Assembly: GCA_951406725.2 (NCBI GenBank)
Contig: OX597822.1
Coordinates: 111,538,001-111,602,000 of the forward strand
Direction: 5' to 3'
DNA length: 64,000 bases
DNA from: Octopus vulgaris
Taxonomy: Eukaryota
Shown: positions 55,481-64,000 of the stretch, one piece after another
Layout of the letters: every line of letters starts with the position of its first letter
How positions within the stretch are numbered: the first letter of the stretch is position 1
Translations under genes and position numbers: made by a program
Notes under the pieces: generated by a model
The model's input: only the letters and a program-made list of their open reading frames with translations
What the model was told of the DNA's origin: nothing
Database searches by the model: none

Positions 55481-55837
55481 ATTGCTTCCATTTGACTTGA
55501 TAAAGTATGCATTTTGGGATATGGACCTGATCCAAACTCGTTTTAATAGGGTAAACTGGATACATATTCAACCACCATCAGATTAAGTAATTTGTAAAGA
55601 AAGAAGGTACAATATTAGAATGTAAAAATTATTGGTCAGTTTAAGTAAGTATTGAAAAAATAACCGCAAAATTATCAGGAAAAATATGCGACGCAACTTT
55701 CTTTAAAATAATCTCTAACAAAGAATAGGTAACAAAACCTAAAACAAATAAATAAAATACCAGATAATTTATAATATTACATACATATATACATATACAT
55801 CTATAAATATGTATATACACATAAATTTATATACCTG

Positions 55838-55869
<32 letters not shown>

Positions 55870-56016
55870 TACCATTCTGTCTTTGAAGCTCTCCTGTCTT
55901 TAAAAAACAATATTCTTCCAGCTTACAACTTCCGACCTTTCAATATGTGACCTCGTGAGTACCGCCAGCGATTTTTTTCTTCTGTCTTCCCTTCTCGGGA
56001 TCTTTCCGTCTCCTAT

Positions 56017-56051
56017 GTTTCCGACGAAGAGCTCCGCTCGAAACGTTAAAC
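56017..56051 (+). ncRNA. Minimal hammerhead motif, variant core
   Basis: GTTT-CCGACGA-a-GAGC(tcc)GCTC-GAAAC-GTT-AAAC, inside repeat 55865-56150 flanked by (TA)n. Confidence 0.65.
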
Positions 56052-56150
56052 CCTCCTTCTTCCTTTCTTTCCTGAGCGTCCAATAATACTTTATTTGTTC
56101 CACGTCCTCGCGTTGCTGTGTTTTTTGTGTGTTTTCTTGTTTGGATTAAC

Positions 56151-56183
<33 letters not shown>

Positions 56184-56221
56184 TTGTGTGTGTGTGCGTG
56201 CGTTTATAGATGTATATATAT

Positions 56222-56297
<76 letters not shown>

Positions 56298-56302
<5 letters not shown>

Positions 56303-56740
56303 AATGAGAAAAAGAAGAAACTGGAGAAATTGTCATTCAGACATCAGTTTATTTAAAGATATTCAAAACCATATAATGAAATTCCAGTCCTACAGCCGTT
56401 TCCATGTCCAATTAGTCCAATTAGAGAAATTAAATTAAATTTTAATTTATTTAATTTAATTTAATTAATTTAAATTATATTGAAACTGGTGAATTTGTTA
56501 TTTCATCAGTGAGGAATTTTCCAAATGAGAGTTACATTCATTTTAATTCGATTTAATTTCTGTAATTGAAATAATTGGATATGGAAACGGCTTTGGGCCT
56601 GGAATTTCGTTATATATGGATTTGAGTATCTTTAAACAAACTGATGCCTGCGTGCCAATTTCTCCATTTTCTTCTTTTTCTCATTTATAAATATTTTAAA
56701 TACCTATGTATATCATTGCAAAACTAATACATTTAATTGT
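56298..56740. mobile_element. Diverged fold-back element beside (TA)n
   Basis: Arms about 56298-56440 and 56545-56689. Minus strand carries CTGATGA (56503-56509) and GAAAC-ggct-GTA (56391-56402). Confidence 0.7.
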
Positions 56741-56934
56741 CACTAAACACTGGCATGAAGCGGAGAACTAGGATGCTAGCATCCCTTAAAGGATTATAGA
56801 CCTTGATGCAATATATACACACATGTATGTATAAAAACGCATGAGCAAGAATTGAAAATGCATTAAATCTTTTACACTTGAAATTTCGGGTGAATGTCTT
56901 GCGTTCTAGCTTCCCACGTAGAATATGTATATAT

Positions 56935-57155
56935 ATTCCTTTACTACCCACAAGGGGCTAAACACAGAGAGGAAAAACAAACGGATTAAGTCGATTATAT
57001 CGACCCCAGTGCGTAACTGGTACTTATTTAATCGACCCCGAAAGGATGAAAGGTAAAGTCGACCTCGGCGGAATTTGAACTCACAACGTAGCGGCAGACG
57101 AAATACGGCTACGCATTTCGCCCGGCGTGCTAACGTCTCTGCCAGCTCGCCGCCT
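56935..57155 (-). mobile_element. SINE family B
   Basis: Matches other family B copies. Confidence 0.9.
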
Positions 57156-57854
57156 TAAAATATGTATATACGTATACGTATTACATCTTATATTAATAAA
57201 TATATGCAATACAATGGATGAACAGTGACCTTCAGAAACCCTCGTGCCATGCTTGTATTCGGTAACAGCAAGCATCACGTTAAATAGCAACAAAATATAT
57301 TTTATCTAGTGTAATTCAATACAATGTGATAAAACTACAAGAGCAAAGCTTATTACGTATGTAGCATTTTCATTTAATTAAATATTGTTTGCTCGCCAAC
57401 AGAGCAACAAAACGTTCTGGTTGTTACAATACCATTTTTGCTACGTAGTGTATTTATTAAGAGATTATCTAAGATGTCTTGTTTTTAAGTAGTAGCGTAT
57501 TTACCTGCCAACTTAATCGGCTACTCAAAATCTCTGATATCGACTTGTCAGTTAGTCAAAACATTCTTGAGCAGGTACACGCTTACATTGAGGAGTCGGG
57601 TTTTCGATTTCTGTTTTTCATTATCGCATTTTATACGCAACGCATCCAGTTGCAAGCAGACTCATTGATGATATTCTAACGTCTTCAAAAATGAACACGG
57701 TATCTAATGACACCCTGCGTGTATTGAACATAGTTTAAAATAACGCGATGAGTGCGTTGGAAATATCATCGATTTTAGATTAAATCGATCAGGATTGATC
57801 TACAGTAAAAAAAAAAAAAAACCATCTACAACAACACAAACAACGTCAACAAAA

Positions 57855-58105
57855 TTGTGAACGGTAGAAGAGTCCAGTTTGCTGGACATTGTTGTAGAGC
57901 TGAAAACGAGGTAATTTCTACTCTTCTCCTCTGGAAGCCATCTGCTCCCGATACCAGAGAGCGCACACTCTCCTACCCTGATGTAATCTCCAGGGATACA
58001 GGCATCCAGCAACAGGACCTCCGTAATGCTATGATGGACCGTGAAGTCGGGCGTAACATAGTAAATTCCATTGTCTCGACCACGGTCGAACAATGATGAT
58101 GATGA
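57855..58105 (+). mobile_element. RTE-type LINE 3' fragment
   Basis: RRVQFAGHCCRAENEVISTLLLWKP..AMMDREV.., (TGA)n tail. Confidence 0.75.
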
Positions 58106-58614
58106 TTAAAATTCCTGTCCCTTATAGAAACGTAGCTCGTTTATCTTATGTAAGTGTCAATATAGTCGAACGAATGCTGTCACAAAGGCCACGACAAATG
58201 CTAACGTAATTTACATAGATTCCTGCAAGTTCACGACGTCATACAAACTGTAGTTTGTATGACGTGTTAGTCGTGTTACTTGCTAATTAAAAATCTTTAA
58301 ATTTGTGAAATCCGCGTGAGAAATGATTACATTAAATATTTCTTTACGAAACTAATCTATGCTCCAAAAGAAATTTATTACATTATATATAATATCCATG
58401 ATATGGGAATTTTACCGAATGCGATTTTATGCTTACACTCACGCATGAACAGATAGACACAAACTTGTTTGTAAGTTACATTTTACGGCCAGATTTAATA
58501 GTTTCTCTGAAGTAGTGTATTATAGGAAGAGGAATTATTTATTTGAAAAATTTAATACAATGAATTTCTCGCAAATTTTCAGATTTTCATGAATATATAA
58601 TTTATTTATCTGAA

Positions 58615-58845
58615 AGGCGGCGAGCTGGCAGAAACGTTAGCACGCCGGGCGAAATTCTTAGCGGTATTTCGTTTGCCGCTAAGTTCTGAGTTCAAATTCC
58701 ACCGCGGTCGACTTTGTCTTTCATCCTTTCGGGGTCGATTAAATAAGTTCCAGTTACGCACTGGGGTCGATGTAATCGACTTAATCCGTTTGTCTGTCCT
58801 TGTTTGTCCCCTGTATGTTTAGCCCCTTGTGGGTAGTAAAGAAAT
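58615..58845 (+). mobile_element. SINE family B
   Basis: Matches other family B copies. Confidence 0.9.
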
Positions 58846-59475
58846 ATATATATATATATATCTTATGTATATGACCTGTTGTATGAGTACTTTCGATATT
58901 TCTCAAAGACTATTACCTTGTTTCACATCTATAACAAAATTAATGGAATCGCGAACATTGTAAATGTAAATCCTGATTAATAGTCTTCATAGCAGAAACG
59001 GGACTCTCTTACTTTCCAAATTAAATGTGACTCTAATGTGATAACATATTTCGCCTGCTTTATAACATTTACCCTCCCGGTATGAGGTAAATGATTTACA
59101 TATAAACAGATGCAGTCTATTATATTATTGATTTTGTTCGATTTTATAGGAATATTGCTGAAAGAAGAAAAAAATATTGTCACCTGAATTGATAATATAT
59201 GCATATAATATATGCATATAAGATAATATATGCATATAAGATTAGGTTCGCGTAAATTGGCGAATATCTTAGATGCTTTCGGTTCAAAGGAGAATTTGGA
59301 CTTTCAGAGCTACGTACCCAATTATTTTTTATTTACAAAAAATCATCCAGTAATTTATTAACACCTACCGCTTACTTTGTGGTGTGTAGTCAAAGACTGA
59401 AAAACGTCAAAGAAAATAACATTCCCCCACTCCACCACCACCACAAAAAAAGAATAGCAATTTTAACAACAACAG

Positions 59476-59860
59476 TGGAAGCACTCCGTCGGTTACGACG
59501 ATCAGGGTTCCGGTTGATCCGAATCAACGGAACAGCCTGCTCGTGAAATTAACGTGTAAGTGGCTGAGCACTCCACAGACACGTGCACTCTTAACGTAGT
59601 TCTCGGGGATATTCAGCGTGACACAGAGAGTGACAAGGCCGGCCCCTTGAAATACAGGTACAACTGAAACAGGAAGTAAGAGTGAGAGAAAGTTGTGGTG
59701 AAAGAGTACAGCAGAGATCACCACCATCCCCTACCGGAGCCTCGTGGAGCTTTAGGTGTTTTCGCTCAATAAACACTCACAACACCCGGTCTGGGAATCG
59801 AAACCGCGATCCTATGACCGCGAGTCCGCTACCCTAACCGCTGGGCCATTGCGCCTCCAC
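59476..59860 (-). mobile_element. SINE family C
   Basis: Reverse complement of 39844-40233. Confidence 0.9.
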
Positions 59861-60181
59861 ACTGCCACAACTACAGCACGTATTAACCATATGTAAGATT
59901 CAAAAGTATCCCGCCCCTAGCAAATATTGTGCGGATATTGCTCTCCTTCCATTATTATTCTTCTGTGCAATACCACTGTGTAACGCGATTTTTGTCACTG
60001 GGTAGCAAATGTTATTTCCTATTTACTTATCCCTAGGAAGTATGAAAGTATGAATAATATCCAAGTCACAGAAGCTAGGTTTGAAGGGAATAGCTGTCAT
60101 TTCTTTTGATTGCTAGATAGAAGCACGTAGGAAGTAACACAAAGAATAAAGAAAGTAGCAATTACGTTACACACTAGTAAT

Positions 60182-60568
60182 GGATGGAAGCACTCCGTCG
60201 ATTACGACGACGAGGGTTCCGGTTGATCCGAATCAACGGAACAGCCTGCTCGTGAAATAAACGTGTACGTGGCTGAGCACTCCACAGACACGTGTACCCT
60301 TAACGTAGTTCTCGGGGATGTTCAGCGTGACACAGAGAGTGACAAGGCCGGCCCTTTGAAATACAGGTACAACAGAAACAGGAAGTAAGAGTGAGAGAAA
60401 GAGTGGTGAAGGAGTACAGCAGGGATGACCACCATCCCCTGCCGGAGCCTCGTGGAGCTTTAGGTGTATTCGCTCAATAAACACTCACAACGCCCGGTCT
60501 GGGAATCGAAACCGCGATCCTATGACCGCGAGTCCACTGCCCTAACCACTGGGCCATTGCGCCTCCAC
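60182..60568 (-). mobile_element. SINE family C with 11-bp TSD
   Basis: acactagtaat at 60171-60181 and 60569-60579. Confidence 0.92.
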
Positions 60569-60887
60569 ACACTAGTAATAGATACTGATATTCAAGAAAG
60601 GTTAGTTTCTCGTAATCTAAGAAGAGTCTGCTCCCCTCTCCATCAATTCTCGATATATTTCTTTTCCAGGTTGTATTCCACCCCAGTCAGTATCTCTCCC
60701 CACCACACACAAACCAATTCTTCCAATCCTTCCTTTATGGATATCATACTCTTTGAATTCTTACCTTCTAATCTTGCTGTTGACCAAAACAATGAATAAC
60801 CGTGTCATTAGACAATCGTGCGCATACAACGCTTTCTTCTAAATAAACTACAGCAAAATGAACACATAAGCACACACATAGGCACAC

Positions 60888-60980
<93 letters not shown>

Positions 60981-61159
60981 CAAACCATATGGAGAAAGTA
61001 TGGTTGCACGTTTGAAATTTTGGTTCTCAACCGCATGCTTCCAAGTACAGTCCTATGCTGGGCACCTTGCGCAAGTGTCTTCTGCTGTAGCTTCCGGCAA
61101 ATCAAATGTTTGTGAGTGAATTTGGTAAACGGAAACTGAAAAAGAAGCCCGTTGTATAT

Positions 61160-61890
61160 ATTCGAGAGGAAGTCAAGGATTATCCACACTTTCGCCATAA
61201 CATATCTTTATTATTGTCACATTGACTTCTGTGCGTGCGTACTTATTGCTGGTACTATTGTGGTCACGTGATCGAGATTTGAGTGTGATCGCGCCATTTT
61301 TGTTTCTGGCTTTACAGTGTAATCATGGCCGTTCGACTAGCAACGTGCCCCAAAGAAGAATAAAGAGCAGTGATCCGATTCCTATGGTCGGAAGGTGTCT
61401 CAGGTGTTGAAATTCATCGGAGGCTTTTAGCAAAATATGGGGACAGTGCCCTACCTCGTAGAAATGTGTATTTCTGGATGGAGAAATTTAAAAGTGGCCG
61501 GACAAGCGTGATGCACGATGAGAGAGCAGGATTCCCGTCAAACTTCGCTACTGATGAGAAGATTCAGTAAGCTCCAGAGATGGTAATAGTGAACCGGTTC
61601 ACCGTTATCATATCTCGGATCACTGCTTTTTGTTCTTTTTTGTTCTTTGTTCTTCATGGCTAGTGGAACGGCCATGCTTACACTGTGAAGCCAGAAAGAA
61701 AAATGGCGCAATCAGGCTCAAACTTCGATCATGTGTCCACAGTAGGACCAACTATAAGCATAGTAGGACCAACTATAGGCACAGTAGGACCAACTATAGG
61801 CACAGTAGGACCAACTATAGGCACGCAGTGTGACAAGAATAAAGAGATGGTATGGTGACATTGTGGATGATTTTCGACTTCACCTCTTAT
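61160..61890. mobile_element. Mariner-derived fold-back MITE inserted at TA in a family A SINE
   Basis: Long inverted ends about 61160-61378 and 61616-61890. Centre encodes a mariner N-terminal HTH (AVIRFLWSEGVSGVEIHRRLLAKYGDSALPRRNVYFWMEKFKSGRTSV) with stops. SINE halves lie at about 61020-61155 and 61900-62190. Confidence 0.85.
61738..61823 (+). repeat. 21-bp tandem repeat, four copies
   Basis: cacagtaggaccaactatagg repeated. Confidence 0.9.
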
Positions 61891-61897
61891 ATATATA

Positions 61898-61991
<94 letters not shown>

Positions 61992-62327
61992 TCCCCATCG
62001 CCGCTTGGCAACTGATGTTGGCGTTTTTACATTCACATAAGTTACCGTTCGGTAAAGCGACCAATATTATAAGTTCTAGGCTCGAAAGATAAATGTTCTG
62101 GGGTCGATTATTTGCAATTAAAATCCTTCAAAGCGGCACCCTAACATAGCCGCAGCCTAACGACTGAAAGAAGTTATAGAAAAAAGATAAAAGAAAGAAA
62201 AAGACACATACATAAATACATACATGCATACATGTGCGCACACACACACGAACACATACATATATGGATGCGTAAATGCATGACATGTATACGCCAAAAC
62301 ATCTAATATATGTGCATAATATTCAAG

Positions 62328-62368
<41 letters not shown>

Positions 62369-62379
62369 ATGTATGTATG

Positions 62380-62434
<55 letters not shown>

Positions 62435-62440
<6 letters not shown>

Positions 62441-62803
62441 GAAAGAATGGAGTCGAACGAAGATGTTAACAAAATTCCTTTACTCTCGACACATGTTTCG
62501 AAGACAGCATATTTTCATTCCGAAGGAATAAAGGGTGCATTATGCACCCTTTATTCCTTCGGAATGAAAATATGCTGTCTTCGAAACATGTGTCGAGAGT
62601 AAAGGAATTTTGTTAACATCTTCGTTCGACTCCATTCTTTCATTTATTCATATACAACACACAAATTTCTACACATGAACCCGGAGCTTCTACCCATGAC
62701 AGGTCGCTTCAACCGTGTTTTCTGACGTGAATTTGCTACCCAGGTTTCGGTTAAACGAATTTTCCATGCTGACGATAAACATAGGATAATTCATTCACCT
62801 ACT

Positions 62804-62806
<3 letters not shown>
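62435..62806 (+). mobile_element. Fold-back element in (TA)n with 106-bp arms and 1-nt loop
   Basis: Arms 62435-62540 and 62542-62647, tail of about 160 nt; contains hammerhead 3' half GAAAC-ATGT-GTC-gaga. Confidence 0.8.
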
Positions 62807-62879
<73 letters not shown>

Positions 62880-63194
62880 TATATTATAATATATTATAAT
62901 ATACACACATATATTACATATGTGTGTGTATTTGTCAATTTAATACATGCGTTTCGTTTATAGATGCCTATGTTAGTTCAGAGACACTGTAAATTTAAGG
63001 AAGCGAGCCCCATACTAGAAACCTAACTGAAGCAGAAATTATGATGTGGTTGGGGTTCTCGTTGAAATAACATTATTTACCAACCTCTGAAACACTCAAG
63101 TATTTTATGAGAAACAAGTAATCGAATTATGTTTTTGGAATCCGTTATCTTGTACGTAATACGATTGTATGAACAAAGTGGGAGGCTCTTTACA

Positions 63195-63588
63195 TCTTTA
63201 TATATAAAAGTGAAGTTGTGTGTCTGTCTCCTACGATTTCGATTCCTAACTACTCCCACATTTTTCGGTGCAGTGTAACCAAAAGCGGGTATCTTATAGT
63301 CGTGATTCATATCAAGCCCTTCTGGGTATTAGCGCGCGTCTACGATGAGTCTACGATTTTAAAAAGAATTTACCATCAATTTTTCCCATTTTTAATGCAT
63401 TTTTGGCATATATAAGGGAAGTAACTCTCTAAAAATGTATTATTAAGTCTCAGAACGTAAAAAGCTACAGTAACACCCCCCCCTTTGTGGTTAGCCATAT
63501 TGAGATGGCTATTATACTTTACATCTCTAAAAATGCTTATATAGTTATTTCCCTTATGAACCCGAGCAACGCCGGGCGATACTGCTAG
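63195..63588 (+). mobile_element. Non-autonomous Helitron (longer copy)
   Basis: Same A|TC...CTAG|T ends and body as 9961-10267 plus an internal block of about 100 bp. Confidence 0.85.
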
Positions 63589-64000
63589 TTAAGACATAAA
63601 ATAGTGAAATATTTGGAATATTTTTCGACGTAGTTGTTCAAGTCTCATATATTTCTCAGCAGGCTGTGTAAAAATTTAGTTTTTTCTAAGTGAATTTATC
63701 AATGTGAATGCAGCATAATGGAAAAGATTTTTCAAAAACGTTTGTAAATATAAAACTAGATAGATGATGGACTAACTAATAATATAAGGAATATTCAGGT
63801 CTCTCCAAAGAAAAATGAAATAAAATAACCGAAGTAGCAGTCGTACTTTGTAGAGAAAAATTAAATGAAATATCTAATTTGCCAACAGCCTGTTCAAGGT
63901 AATTAGCTGGAATTCAAATAAGTTTTACAGTCCATTTCTAATCGCCCCCAATTCATAATTCCAGCAGGAGTTAATGGTTTCAGCAAATTATGTCACCGAG

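Noticed and set aside
61738-61823. 21-bp repeat array as CRISPR
   Set aside because: No spacers, eukaryotic context, lies inside a MITE arm.

Overview
AT-rich, microsatellite-saturated animal genomic DNA. The repeat families and the one gene suggest a coleoid cephalopod such as Octopus (inference). Only one convincing host gene is present: an intronless 478-aa 5-HT1-type serotonin GPCR CDS (47760-49196, +), preceded by a splice acceptor at 47545. The rest is repeats: three tRNA-derived SINE families (several with clear TSDs), LINE fragments (CR1-group, RTE, R4/Dong-like), mariner relics and a mariner fold-back MITE, two non-autonomous Helitrons, and a TIR element with (CCCTAA)n. Most ORFs in the track are microsatellite translations. 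The most striking unannotated signal is a population of short non-coding elements in or beside (TA)n/(TAA)n tracts. They carry minimal type I hammerhead ribozyme motifs (CUGANGA...GAAA-palindromic stem III-NUH) and/or fold back into long hairpins with an unpaired 3' tail. At least eight recognisable hammerhead loci from several sequence families and about ten fold-back structures occur in 64 kb. The architecture fits Penelope-like element pseudo-LTR relics or retrozyme-like elements. Everything was read by eye; nothing was folded, aligned or searched computationally.
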